DNA of 64,000 bases from Bacteroidota bacterium (GTDB lineage: Bacteria; Bacteroidota; Bacteroidia; Cytophagales; Cyclobacteriaceae). Below, piece after piece: positions 9,078-17,997 of this stretch (positions within the stretch are counted from its first letter, which is position 1; each line of letters opens with the position of its first letter). Made by a program: the position numbers and the translations under genes. A model generated the notes under the pieces. That model did no database searches, had not been told where the DNA came from, and saw only the letters and a list, made by a program, of their open reading frames with translations. The DNA lies in NCBI GenBank assembly GCA_018267195.1, contig JAFDYY010000003.1, positions 46,686 through 110,685 of the forward strand, written 5' to 3'.

Positions 9078-10013
9078 CTAAGGTAATGATTTAACGATAT
9101 TTTGCTCAATTCGTTTTTCGAGGGTGGCATAATCTACCGGGGGCAGGGTTTCCCCCGTCATTTGCCGGTACAGCTCGGCATAACGATCAGAAATATTTTT
9201 AACAATGGCATCGGTCATTTCAGGAATAGACTGGCCTTCTTTTCCCTGAAACCCATTCTCTATTAACCATTGCCGCACAAACTCTTTCGATAATTGTTTC
9301 TGGGGTTCTCCTTTCGATTGGCGCAAGGCGTAGCCGTCTTGATAGAAGTACCGCGAAGAGTCGGGCGTATGTACTTCGTCTATCAGGTATATCTTTCCGT
9401 TGTATTTGCCAAACTCGTATTTAGTATCGACCAAAATCAGCCCGCGTGCGGCTGCCAGTTCAGTTCCTTTTTTATACAGATTAAGCGCATATTGTTCTAA
9501 CATTTCATAGTCGGCATGGGAAACAATCTGTTGGGTAATAATTTCTTCTTTAGAAATATCCTGATCGTGCCCTTCGCTGGCTTTGGTAGTAGGGGTAATG
9601 ATGGCCTGCGGCAGCGGGTCATTCTCGCGGAGCCCCTCGGGCAGAGGTACTCCGCATAGTTTTCTTTTTCCGGCTTTATACTCGCGGGCGGCATGGCCGG
9701 CCAAATACCCGCGCACCACCATTTCCACACGAAACGGATCGCATTTAAAACCGATGGTTACGTTTGGATCGGGCGTGGCAATTACCCAGTTGGGTACAAT
9801 GTGCTGGGTGGCATGAAGGTTAAAGGCAGCAATTTGGTTGAGTACCCTTCCCTTGTCGGGGATGGCCTTGGGCAGCACCACATCAAAGGCAGAAATACGG
9901 TCGGTGGCTACCATCGCCATTTTTTCTCCGAAATAATAAACATCTCTTACCTTGCCCCGGTAAAAGCCTGTTTGTCCGGCAAAATGAAAATGGGTTTCTT
10001 TTATTCCATGCAT
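9078..10013 (-). CDS. purC: Phosphoribosylaminoimidazole-succinocarboxamide (SAICAR) synthase
   Basis: Motifs [20 protein letters not shown] and [11 protein letters not shown]; long (311 aa) PurC form. Confidence 0.92.
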   Translation of the reverse strand: MHGIKETHFHFAGQTGFYRGKVRDVYYFGEKMAMVATDRISAFDVVLPKAIPDKGRVLNQIAAFNLHATQHIVPNWVIATPDPNVTIGFKCDPFRVEMVVRGYLAGHAAREYKAGKRKLCGVPLPEGLRENDPLPQAIITPTTKASEGHDQDISKEEIITQQIVSHADYEMLEQYALNLYKKGTELAAARGLILVDTKYEFGKYNGKIYLIDEVHTPDSSRYFYQDGYALRQSKGEPQKQLSKEFVRQWLIENGFQGKEGQSIPEMTDAIVKNISDRYAELYRQMTGETLPPVDYATLEKRIEQNIVKSLP

Positions 10014-10055
10014 AAGGGCGCAAGTAAGAAAACTATCTGCGATTATTAAAATAGG

Positions 10056-11402
10056 TTACTTTTTAGGTTCCACTAAAATACCTGCCCGAAAAGTTTCTTT
10101 CTTAATCAAAGTTCCATTTTGATCGAACTCTTTCCACTCCTTGTGCTTTTTGTTGGCTACATATTCGCCTTGCTCTTTTATTTTTCCGTTAGGCCAATAC
10201 CCGGTGTAGAGGCCGTGCAGGCGGCTGCCGATGTAGTTGCTTTCGCTCGACAGTTTTCCATCTTCATAATAATTTTTTACCGGGCCGGTAATTAAATTGT
10301 ACTTCCAGGTCTCTTCCACTTTGCGTTCTCCGTTTAAATAATACACCGTACGGATGCCGCTCAGCATACCGTTTTCATAGTTTTCTTTCGTGGTTAGTGT
10401 TTTGCCATCGTGGGCATAGAAAGACCAAGTGCCATGGGGCTTGGTACGCCTGAAATTTTTCTTAAACAAGAGAATGCCCGTACTGTCGTATGCTCTTAGT
10501 TCGCTGTCTATTCCATTAGAAGAAAATTGTTCGCGGGTGCTGATCTGGCCGTTGTGGTAGTAATCTATGTTGGTTCCAATTTTTGCGCCTAAGTTAAAGT
10601 TGTATTCGTGCTGCAGTTTACCATCGTCATAATATCCGGTGTTGCTGCTGTGCAGTTTACCAAATTTAAAATGCCCTTTCAGTATGAGTTGACCTCGCAG
10701 GTTATAATTAAGAAAATCGCCTACGGTTTCTCCGTCTTTGATGGTGTAGATCAATTCCAGTTGGGCATTCGGATAAAATGATTTCATGTAGCCGCTTACA
10801 TAGCCATCTTTATAATTGGCCTCGGTTTCTAATACCCCCGATTCGTAGTAGGTTTTGGTTACTCCGTTAGGTCTTTGATTTTTATAGGTGATTTCTTTTC
10901 GGAGTTTGCCTGTAGCGTAGTATTCTTTCACGAAGCCATCGGGCTTACCTTTTACAAACATCCCTTCCTGTTTTAAGATACCCGAAGGGAAATAAGATTT
11001 TACACTATCTACCAGTTTATTGTTTTGATAGTAGGCTGTTTGGATAGGCTTTCCATTTTCATTGAATACCTCCACGGCCCCTTGCCGTAATCCGTTTTCG
11101 TAATTGATTTTGCGCAGGAGTGTTCCCCGCTCGTTGTATTCGAAAAACGTACCCGACCGCACCCCGTTTACAAAAGTTCCTTCAATGGCAATTTTTCCGT
11201 TTACAAAATACTTGCGGTATTTTCCATTCATCTCGTTGTCGGCCGAAACAAAATACTCTTCCTGCACCCGCGATTTCGTAGAAGGATCAAAGTAAATTTT
11301 TACTTCCTTCTGAGCAAAAACAGGTGAGGAGCAGAGTAGAAAGAATGATATAGCCAGTTTCTTTTTTAGCACTTCAGAATAACGCTTTCCTTGTCCGATC
11401 AT
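10056..11402 (-). CDS. Secreted MORN-variant (YwqK-like) repeat protein
   Basis: A signal peptide (...LLCSSPVFAQ) is followed by many tandem ~23-aa repeats of the type G.xK.Yy.nGkl..eg.y.nG. Its start is 2 nt after the thiolase stop. Confidence 0.7.
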   Translation of the reverse strand: MIGQGKRYSEVLKKKLAISFFLLCSSPVFAQKEVKIYFDPSTKSRVQEEYFVSADNEMNGKYRKYFVNGKIAIEGTFVNGVRSGTFFEYNERGTLLRKINYENGLRQGAVEVFNENGKPIQTAYYQNNKLVDSVKSYFPSGILKQEGMFVKGKPDGFVKEYYATGKLRKEITYKNQRPNGVTKTYYESGVLETEANYKDGYVSGYMKSFYPNAQLELIYTIKDGETVGDFLNYNLRGQLILKGHFKFGKLHSSNTGYYDDGKLQHEYNFNLGAKIGTNIDYYHNGQISTREQFSSNGIDSELRAYDSTGILLFKKNFRRTKPHGTWSFYAHDGKTLTTKENYENGMLSGIRTVYYLNGERKVEETWKYNLITGPVKNYYEDGKLSSESNYIGSRLHGLYTGYWPNGKIKEQGEYVANKKHKEWKEFDQNGTLIKKETFRAGILVEPKK

Positions 11403-11404
11403 TG

Positions 11405-12583
11405 TTATACTTTCTCCAGAACAATGGCCGATGCCCCGCCTCCACCATTGCAGATACCGGCCACGCCCACCGATGCGTTGTTTTGTTTCAATACATTGGC
11501 CAGCGTTATGGTAATGCGGGCTCCGGAGGCTCCCAGCGGATGCCCCAACGCCACCGCGCCTCCGTTTACATTTACTTTTTCCGGATCAAGGCCGAGTTTA
11601 ATGTTGTTAGCAATAGCCACGGCACTGAACGCTTCGTTAATTTCATAATAGCCCACATCTTTTTTCTCTACCCCGGCCATCTTCATGGCTTTGGGTATGG
11701 CCAGTGCAGGAGTGGTGGTAAACCACATGGGATCTTGGGCGGCATCGGCAAAGCCGCGGATTTTGGCGATGGCGGGTATGCCTAACTCTTTGGCCTTCGC
11801 GGCACTCATCAGGATTACGGCAGCCGCACCATCGTTAATGGTAGAAGCATTGGCGGCCGTTACGGTGCCCTCTTTGGTAAACACCGGCTTTAGCCCGGGT
11901 ATCTTATCAAAGTTTACATTTTTGTATTCTTCGTCTTCGCTGAATAAAGTAACATCTCCTTTCCTGCCTACGATTTCAACCGGAATTACTTCATCCTTAA
12001 ATTTTCCGGCAGCCCAGGCAGTGGCCGATCGTTTGTAGGAATTGATGGCGAAGGTATCCTGATCTTGGCGGCTGATGTTCATTTCTTTGGCAGTGTTATC
12101 GGCACACACCCCCATGGCGCAATGGTTGTACACATCGGTAAGCCCATCGTAGGTCAGGCCGTCCAGCAGTTGGCCGTCTCCGTACTTATATCCATACCGG
12201 GCTTTTGTTAAGTAATAAGGAATATTGCTCATGCTTTCCATGCCGCCTGCTACAACTACTTCGTTTTGACCGAGCATAATGGATTGTGCACCCAGCATGA
12301 TAGATTTCATGCCGGAAGCACAAACTTTATTTACTAAAGTGCAGGGAATGTTGTAGCCTAACCCTGCAGCCACAGCTACCTGAGTGGCCGGGGCTTGCCC
12401 TAAGCCGGCAGCGATAACATTGCCAAAAAAAAGCTCTTGAACATGCCCGGCTTGTAAGTGTATTTTGGCAAGGGCTGCTTTTACTGCGGTGGCACCTAAC
12501 TTCACGGCCGAAACATTAGCCAAGGTTCCGCCAAAACTACCGATAGGGGTGCGTACAGCCGAAACAATAACAACTTCTTTCAT
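11405..12583 (-). CDS. Acetyl-CoA C-acetyltransferase (thiolase II)
   Basis: Active-site Cys context NKVCASGMKS and C-terminal motifs GHPLGASGARI and ICNGGGGASA. Confidence 0.92.
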   Translation of the reverse strand: MKEVVIVSAVRTPIGSFGGTLANVSAVKLGATAVKAALAKIHLQAGHVQELFFGNVIAAGLGQAPATQVAVAAGLGYNIPCTLVNKVCASGMKSIMLGAQSIMLGQNEVVVAGGMESMSNIPYYLTKARYGYKYGDGQLLDGLTYDGLTDVYNHCAMGVCADNTAKEMNISRQDQDTFAINSYKRSATAWAAGKFKDEVIPVEIVGRKGDVTLFSEDEEYKNVNFDKIPGLKPVFTKEGTVTAANASTINDGAAAVILMSAAKAKELGIPAIAKIRGFADAAQDPMWFTTTPALAIPKAMKMAGVEKKDVGYYEINEAFSAVAIANNIKLGLDPEKVNVNGGAVALGHPLGASGARITITLANVLKQNNASVGVAGICNGGGGASAIVLEKV

Positions 12584-12631
12584 ATTCTGGGTGATTAATG
12601 GTTTGCGTTATAAATTTTTAGTACAGTAAAA

Positions 12632-13507
12632 TTACCAATCCGGTTTGCCTTTGTCTTTGGGCTTGGTTGCCTTTCGTTTATTTTGTTGAAGATACTGCAC
12701 TTCCTGGTTTTTCATAGCTTCTAAAATCATCTTGGCCTTATCTTCGCTTATCTTCATGTCTTTCAGTTTGTCTTGTAAAGAAGGATCGGGTTTTTTCTGA
12801 TCTTCTTTAGTTTCTTTTTTTTCCGGTTGCTTTTCTTTTTGCTCTTTCTCTTGCTGCTGTTTTTTTTGCTCGTTTTCTTTCTGTTCTTTTTCTTTCTGTT
12901 CTTTTTCCTTTTGTTCTTTTTCTTTCTGCTCCTTGTTGGGCTGGTCTTTATTATCTTTTTTATCTTGTTTTTTTTCAGAATCTTTCTTTTGCTGCTCTTT
13001 GTTTTCTTTGTTTTGCTCCTTGTTCTGATTCTCTTTTTTATCCTTCGGCTGATCTTGTTTTTGTTGTTGTTTCTTCTGCTCTTCCAGTTTCTTCTTTATC
13101 ATTTCATAATTAAAACGAGCCTGATCGTTTTGTGGTTCTGCTTTTAAAGCTTGTTTAAAATAATGAAGGGCTTCTTCGTATTTGCCTTGCCGATTGGTAA
13201 GAACCCCCATCTGTTGGTTGGCCCATGTTTTAATCTTTGAGTTGGCACTGGTAAGAAGAGGCTGGTAAGCCTGATAAGCCCGGGTGGTATCGCTGGTGGT
13301 AAAATAGGAGTTGGCCAGGTTCATTTCCAATTCTTCTTCTTTTACCCCTAATGAATCGCGCAGGATTATATAATTTCGGATGGCTGTTTTCATATCGCCT
13401 GCCAGATAGGCTTTCTTGGCTTCCGACTTAAGTGAGTTGATTTTACTTACCTTGGTAGGGTCAATTTTCCAGAATAAAAAAATCAGCAACAGGCCGGCCC
13501 CTTTCAT
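12632..13507 (-). CDS. TPR-repeat protein, BatC-like, with a long K/E/Q-rich low-complexity C-terminal half
   Basis: N-terminal hydrophobic segment, then TPR helices (ALHYFKQALKAEPQNDQARFNYEM), then ~150 aa of KEQKEKEQKE-type sequence. It overlaps the upstream VWA gene by ATGA. Confidence 0.7.
   Translation of the reverse strand: MKGAGLLLIFLFWKIDPTKVSKINSLKSEAKKAYLAGDMKTAIRNYIILRDSLGVKEEELEMNLANSYFTTSDTTRAYQAYQPLLTSANSKIKTWANQQMGVLTNRQGKYEEALHYFKQALKAEPQNDQARFNYEMIKKKLEEQKKQQQKQDQPKDKKENQNKEQNKENKEQQKKDSEKKQDKKDNKDQPNKEQKEKEQKEKEQKEKEQKENEQKKQQQEKEQKEKQPEKKETKEDQKKPDPSLQDKLKDMKISEDKAKMILEAMKNQEVQYLQQNKRKATKPKDKGKPDW
12881..12925. repeat. Imperfect 15-nt tandem repeat (3 copies) inside the BatC-like gene
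   Basis: CTGTTCTTTTTCTTT / CTGTTCTTTTTCCTT / TTGTTCTTTTTCTTT on the plus strand encode the KEKEQ repeats on the minus strand. The wider purine/pyrimidine-skewed low-complexity tract spans roughly 12800-13100. Confidence 0.6.
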
Positions 13508-14475
13508 ATCGTTACGGTCTTTACGTCTACCAACAGATCCAATACAAACAGCGCCAGGGCCGCCAGTAGAAAATAATAGTAACGGTTGGCCGAAACATCG
13601 GCCATGCGGGCATCGCGCAGCTCGCCTTCAATTTTATCAATGGTGTGGATCATCCGCGATACATCATTTTGTTCTTCGTTAATTTCAAAATATTGGCCAT
13701 TGGTGCGCTGAGCCAGCGATTTCAGTTCGGAGGCATTAAGTTTGCTTACCACCACATTTCCTTGGGCATCGGTTTTGTAGCCTCGCCCGGTATTGATGGA
13801 TCCACCCTTTTCAGTACCCACGCCCAGGGTAAAAAGTTTAATACCTTTATCCTCAATTTCTTTTACGATATCGTTGGTTTGCTCTCCAAAATCTTCGCCA
13901 TCGCTGATCAGGATTATGACCTTGGACTTTTGTTGTGTGCTGGGGCCTTCTTGGTTATTGAGTTTACTAAGCGCCATACGCAGTGGGGGGCCAAAGTCTG
14001 TACCTGAAGAGGGCACCAGATTGGTGTTCATGGTTTCGATAAACAAGTTAAGCGCATTTTGATCGTAGGTGAGTGGGCATTGCATAAAGGCCTCCGATGA
14101 AAAAATAATTATACCCAGACGGTCGCTGCTGAAGGCTTCCACTACACGTTTCATCTCAAATTTTATTTTTTCCAACCGGGTGGGTTGAATATCGAAGGCA
14201 TCCATGGATTTGGATAAATCTACGCAGATCATAATGTCTTTGCCAATGGATTTAATTTCTTTTCGGGCATCGCCATACGAGGGGCCCAGAAAAGCCACCA
14301 GCAATAAGACGAAGAAAACCGTACGGATAATTAATTTTAAAAAAACAGTATAAAAAAAAGGAGTATTTAGTGTGCGGCTAATTCGATAAATCCTGAAAAG
14401 AAAAAATCCATAAAGCACACAAAATAAAAAGACAATAATTGTTTGGGTTATTCCCCAGTCGCGAAACCAAACCAC
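13504..14475 (-). CDS. VWA-domain membrane protein (BatA/BatB-like)
   Basis: Two N-terminal TM helices, a VWA domain with MIDAS motif VDLSKSM, and a C-terminal TM helix. GTG start at 14473-14475 with no nearby ATG. Confidence 0.8.
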   Translation of the reverse strand: MVWFRDWGITQTIIVFLFCVLYGFFLFRIYRISRTLNTPFFYTVFLKLIIRTVFFVLLLVAFLGPSYGDARKEIKSIGKDIMICVDLSKSMDAFDIQPTRLEKIKFEMKRVVEAFSSDRLGIIIFSSEAFMQCPLTYDQNALNLFIETMNTNLVPSSGTDFGPPLRMALSKLNNQEGPSTQQKSKVIILISDGEDFGEQTNDIVKEIEDKGIKLFTLGVGTEKGGSINTGRGYKTDAQGNVVVSKLNASELKSLAQRTNGQYFEINEEQNDVSRMIHTIDKIEGELRDARMADVSANRYYYFLLAALALFVLDLLVDVKTVTI

Positions 14476-14620
14476 GCTATTTTTTTTGATGCAAATTTAA
14501 CATTAATGATTAAACCCAGATCATGCAATAGAAAATTGATTGGTATGATTGACGAATGAAAATCAACAACCCATGAAGATAAAATACCCAATGGCGATTT
14601 TCATGGTCAAACTCTTTGGG

Positions 14621-14649
14621 CAGATGATGCATCCCGAATGCATCATCTG
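14621..14649. other. Perfect 12-bp stem hairpin downstream of the TauE-like gene
   Basis: CAGATGATGCAT (14621-14632), loop CCCGA, ATGCATCATCTG (14638-14649). It lies 16 nt beyond the TauE stop (14665) on the minus strand and has no U-tract. Confidence 0.3.
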
Positions 14650-14664
14650 GGTTAAAATAAGTAG

Positions 14665-15576
14665 CTAAGAGGTGTGCGTATGTTTTGGTGAAGCTGAGGT
14701 GTATTTATGGGGGCAATGCTTTTTTGTAACGACCTTATGACTAACCCTTTTTTTAAAATCAAAATATTGATTAGAAGCGGCCTTTTTGGTTGTGTTAACG
14801 TTGGCTAAAGAGGGTTGTTTGTTGCCCGGTATTGTTATTTTGTTGGTAGCACTAATCAGAAGAATAAACCCCGAAAGCACCATTGCACTATAGCCTATTT
14901 TTTTGAACAAAAAATCACTTATCCGTGGTAGTACAGACTTAATAGAAACAGAAGAAATAATAGAAGCCGATGCAATGGTTAGCCCCAAGTACAAAGCTGT
15001 TGATGAGTATAGACCTAAAAATGCATAGGTTATCAATTTAATCAGATGCAAAAATATTTCGTTGGCAGCCCGTGTAGCAATAATTTCTTCTTTGGTAAGG
15101 CCGTATTTTAGATAAAACCGGTTAAACAACAAACCAATGGCTCCGGTTATCCCGGAAATGAACCCGGCAAATAAACCGATTAATGCCAGCTTAGAATTGG
15201 TGTAGGGTTGGGTTGGTTTCGCGGTTTCTTTTTTTGAAGGAAAAACCTGTGGCAGGTTAGCTATTAAAAATAAGGCAACAGCCAATTGTATATAGTTGGG
15301 GTTTATGTATTTGATGAGTTGAGCGCCCGCAAAAACGGCCGGGATTGAACAAGGAACAAACCACAAAAATATTTTCCATTGGATGTGCTTTTTAAAGGCG
15401 ACAATCCTGGAAGCAGAACTAGTAAAAGTGCCGACCGTAAGTGAAAAGGGAACAACGGTTGAAGGTAATAGTAAATTTAAGATGGGGATTAAGATCAGGC
15501 TCGCGCCACCGCCCGCAATGGCGCTTATCCAAAAGGAAAGTATGGTTCCTAAAAAAAGCAGAATGGTTATTGACAT
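14665..15576 (-). CDS. TauE/SafE (DUF81) family anion exporter-like permease
   Basis: Polytopic membrane protein starting MSITILLFLGTILSFWISAIAGGGASL. The ATG at 15574-15576 is preferred over the track's TTG at 15621. It carries an unusual ~50-aa basic C-terminal tail. Confidence 0.75.
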   Translation of the reverse strand: MSITILLFLGTILSFWISAIAGGGASLILIPILNLLLPSTVVPFSLTVGTFTSSASRIVAFKKHIQWKIFLWFVPCSIPAVFAGAQLIKYINPNYIQLAVALFLIANLPQVFPSKKETAKPTQPYTNSKLALIGLFAGFISGITGAIGLLFNRFYLKYGLTKEEIIATRAANEIFLHLIKLITYAFLGLYSSTALYLGLTIASASIISSVSIKSVLPRISDFLFKKIGYSAMVLSGFILLISATNKITIPGNKQPSLANVNTTKKAASNQYFDFKKRVSHKVVTKKHCPHKYTSASPKHTHTS

Positions 15577-15653
15577 AAAAAAGTATTTGCAATAGAGTGT
15601 TGAGCAAATTGCTTGAGGCAATTTGTTTTTGAATGGAATGAAATTAACTATGC

Positions 15654-16265
15654 TTATTTCTTATAGCTGATCTGTATTCCCGATCGGCTTTTTTGGTCTA
15701 TGTGGGTGGTAAAATCCAAGTCTGCATTGACAAATTCTACGTACGATTCGGGCACGTTGCCATCGGTTACATTATGAGCTGCGAAGCAGCCCCCCTTTTT
15801 TAATTTAGGTTTAACATCTATAAAGTATTGCTGGTACCAGTCTTTGTCGGCATCAGAAAAGACAAAATCAAATGGGCCGGGCAGTTGTTTTACTATCTCG
15901 TGGGCATCGCCCAGCCGGGCATCTACATAGCTTATCAGACCGGCTTCAGTAAGATTTTTAATGGCTTGTTCGTGGCGTTTTTTGTTTCTTTCAACCGTAA
16001 TTATTTTGCCCCCTGTTTTGCTCATGGCCCACGCCAGCCAGATGGTAGAGTGCCCGGTAGAGGTGCCAATTTCTAAAGCCGATGTGTAGTGATTTTTTAC
16101 GATGATATCGTGCAAGGTTTGCCCGTCAACGAAAGGTACATTCAGGTCGTGCCATTCGCTGCGGTGTTCTTTTAAAAAGCTCTCCACTTTTCTATCCAAT
16201 TCGGCAGGTTGGGCTATCAGCCGGCACCCGGCTACCAATAGCCATAGAATCATTGTGTTTTTCAT
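15654..16265 (-). CDS. Class I SAM-dependent O-methyltransferase (family 3, caffeoyl-CoA OMT-like) with a lipoprotein-type signal peptide
   Basis: SAM-binding motif ALEIGTSTGHST and DFVFSDADK. The ATG at 16263-16265 gives MKNTMILWLLVAGC (lipobox LVAGC). The track start at 16337 would overlap the upstream gene by 61 nt. Confidence 0.8.
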   Translation of the reverse strand: MKNTMILWLLVAGCRLIAQPAELDRKVESFLKEHRSEWHDLNVPFVDGQTLHDIIVKNHYTSALEIGTSTGHSTIWLAWAMSKTGGKIITVERNKKRHEQAIKNLTEAGLISYVDARLGDAHEIVKQLPGPFDFVFSDADKDWYQQYFIDVKPKLKKGGCFAAHNVTDGNVPESYVEFVNADLDFTTHIDQKSRSGIQISYKK

Positions 16266-16276
16266 GTATTTAAGAG

Positions 16277-16855
16277 TTACGATAGCAGGTAAAGAAAAAT
16301 GAGCGGGAACACAATTCCGATAGCGGCTAATTTCCATCCTCGTTGGCGAAAACTAAACTTTCCTTTTTCTATAAACATACCGGTAATGGCAATCACCATC
16401 ATGCCGATTCCAAAAATATCCGAATAGTAAATCCACCAGTTGCTGGTGTCTTGGTGCAACTGTGTCATTTGCCCCAACAGCGGAGTTACCCGGTAGGCTT
16501 CTATTTGCCCTTTACCCGAAGCTAAATCAATCTGCACATCGTGGCTTTCGTACGAAATACGGAGTGTATTTTCTTCAGCCCGGAAACGCCTCAGGTTATC
16601 ATTAATGTTTTGATGTTTAGTAAAGTTCGTTATCCAGGTTTCATTAACGGAGTCTTTTAAAGTAGGGGATATGGCAATTTCTTTTTTGTCGTAGGTATAT
16701 CTGCGCGGGTGCCAGCTTTGGCGGTGGTTTAAGAAAATCCCCGAGAGAGAAAAGGAGATGATTAATCCTACATAAAAATAAGCCATGTCGCGGTGGGTGT
16801 TTCGGGAGGTAAGTTTCATGTGTTTTGGTTTTTGGGGGTTAGACAGTTTCAACAT
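16277..16855 (-). CDS. PepSY-associated TM helix family membrane protein
   Basis: 192 aa with TM helices YFYVGLIISFSLSGIFL, IFGIGMMVIAITGMF and LAAIGIVFPLIFLYLL flanking a soluble loop. An alternative ATG lies at 16819. Confidence 0.55.
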   Translation of the reverse strand: MLKLSNPQKPKHMKLTSRNTHRDMAYFYVGLIISFSLSGIFLNHRQSWHPRRYTYDKKEIAISPTLKDSVNETWITNFTKHQNINDNLRRFRAEENTLRISYESHDVQIDLASGKGQIEAYRVTPLLGQMTQLHQDTSNWWIYYSDIFGIGMMVIAITGMFIEKGKFSFRQRGWKLAAIGIVFPLIFLYLLS

Positions 16856-16984
16856 GCAATATATTCCCGGATTAAATTAATATAAAAACTTAGTTGGTTA
16901 GTAGTGGTTTAAGCAGCTCATTTCTTCGATAGGTTTCCCGATGAAATTGATTAATTTTCAAGGGCAAAAAACTTTATGCGCACG

Positions 16985-17013
16985 GGAATAAAACATCTGT
17001 TGGGAGTGTCTAA
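16985..17013 (+). promoter_or_regulatory. Candidate ECF (sigmaE-like) autoregulated promoter
   Basis: GGAATAA (16985-16991), a 17-nt spacer, then TCTAA (17009-17013). This resembles the GGAACTT-N16/17-TCNAA ECF architecture and lies ~30 nt upstream of the ATG at 17043. Confidence 0.35.
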
Positions 17014-17042
17014 CGGGCGTGATCAGTCAACCCCTTCAGACT

Positions 17043-17579
17043 ATGGCAGTTGAATCAGACGAAGAATTGATTCAAAGTACGCTTGCGGGTGATTTATCAG
17101 CCTTTAAAAAGCTGGTGGTCAGGCATGAGGGCAAAGTGGCGGGTGTGGTACGGTCTATGCTGGGGCAAACCCCCGAAGCCGAAGATGTAGGCCAAGAGGT
17201 TTTTATCCGGTTTTATGAGTCGCTTCATAAGTTCCGGGGCGATTCTGCGGTAAGTACTTACCTGACACGCATTGCCATTAATTTATCGCTGAACGAACTG
17301 AAACGGAGGAAGCGCAGGTTCTTTCTTTTTACCGGTGACGAAGAAGGGCATCAGGTAAAAGCTAAAGACGACACGCACGACCTGAACGAAATGCTGACGC
17401 TGGAGTTTGGTAAGCTCGATGCCGATTTCCGCACGGTAGCCACCCTCCGGCTGGTAGAAGGCTATTCCACCGAAGAAACAGCCGAACTGCTGGGCATTCC
17501 TATGGGTACGGTAATGTCGCGGTTGGCCAGAGCACAAAAAAAATTGAAAGAAGGATTATCGAAATATCTAAATGAATGA
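17043..17579 (+). CDS. ECF-type RNA polymerase sigma-70 family factor
   Basis: Region 2 (EDVGQEVFIRFYESLHKFR) and region 4 HTH (YSTEETAELLGIPMGTVMSRLARAQKKL). The ATG at 17043 is preferred; the track uses an upstream GTG at 17019 that would sit on the putative -10 box/TSS. Confidence 0.88.
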   Translation: MAVESDEELIQSTLAGDLSAFKKLVVRHEGKVAGVVRSMLGQTPEAEDVGQEVFIRFYESLHKFRGDSAVSTYLTRIAINLSLNELKRRKRRFFLFTGDEEGHQVKAKDDTHDLNEMLTLEFGKLDADFRTVATLRLVEGYSTEETAELLGIPMGTVMSRLARAQKKLKEGLSKYLNE

Positions 17580-17989
17580 GTATGGAAACGAAAGTAGAAG
17601 ATTTGTTTTTGCAATCACTCGATGGGCCACTCACCCGCGAACAAAAAGAGGTGTTGGCTCAACAATTACTGAGCGACCGGAAGCTTAAATTAACGGCCGA
17701 TCAATATATACTCATCCGCGAAAAACTGAAACGGGAAGAACCAGATTCATTCGGGCCTTTTTTTGCCGAACGGATCGTTAATAAAATTAGAAATCTGAAG
17801 CAAGAAATTGATTATCAGATTTTTTTCTTTTTCCGAAAATACCAGGTGGCTGTAATCGGAGTCTTGGTGGCACTCCTTGCTTTAAACATCATGTTTTCCG
17901 ATCAGCTCACCTTCAAATCTATTTTAGGATTTGAAGATCAAAACCAAGACAGTATTGTAACGATTGATTTATATCAGAACTTAAAATAA
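17576..17989 (+). CDS. Putative anti-sigma factor (single-pass membrane protein)
   Basis: ATGA overlap with the sigma gene stop. 137 aa with one TM helix (VAVIGVLVALLALNIMF). The call rests on position and architecture only. Confidence 0.5.
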   Translation: MSMETKVEDLFLQSLDGPLTREQKEVLAQQLLSDRKLKLTADQYILIREKLKREEPDSFGPFFAERIVNKIRNLKQEIDYQIFFFFRKYQVAVIGVLVALLALNIMFSDQLTFKSILGFEDQNQDSIVTIDLYQNLK

Positions 17990-17997
17990 CCACGAAG

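Noticed and set aside
10056-11402. Possible antitoxin, since MORN-variant/YwqK-like repeat proteins are often auto-annotated as toxin-antitoxin system YwqK family antitoxin
   Set aside because: The protein has a signal peptide and is 448 aa of repeats. It is flanked by thiolase and purC with no toxin-like partner, so nothing supports a TA module.
12800-13100. Repetitive DNA that could be mistaken for a CRISPR or satellite array
   Set aside because: The units are 15 nt, contiguous and imperfect, with no spacers. They are in frame within a continuous ORF, so this is a coding low-complexity repeat.
12827-13147. 106-aa plus-strand ORF made almost entirely of Phe/Leu
   Set aside because: It is the antisense shadow of the K/E/Q-rich repeat region of the BatC-like gene (AAG/GAA/CAG codons read backwards as CTT/TTC/CTG). 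It has no independent coding evidence.
16266-16337. Longer N-terminus for the O-methyltransferase
   Set aside because: It overlaps the PepSY-TM gene by 61 nt. The internal ATG at 16265 gives a canonical lipoprotein signal 11 nt after the upstream stop.
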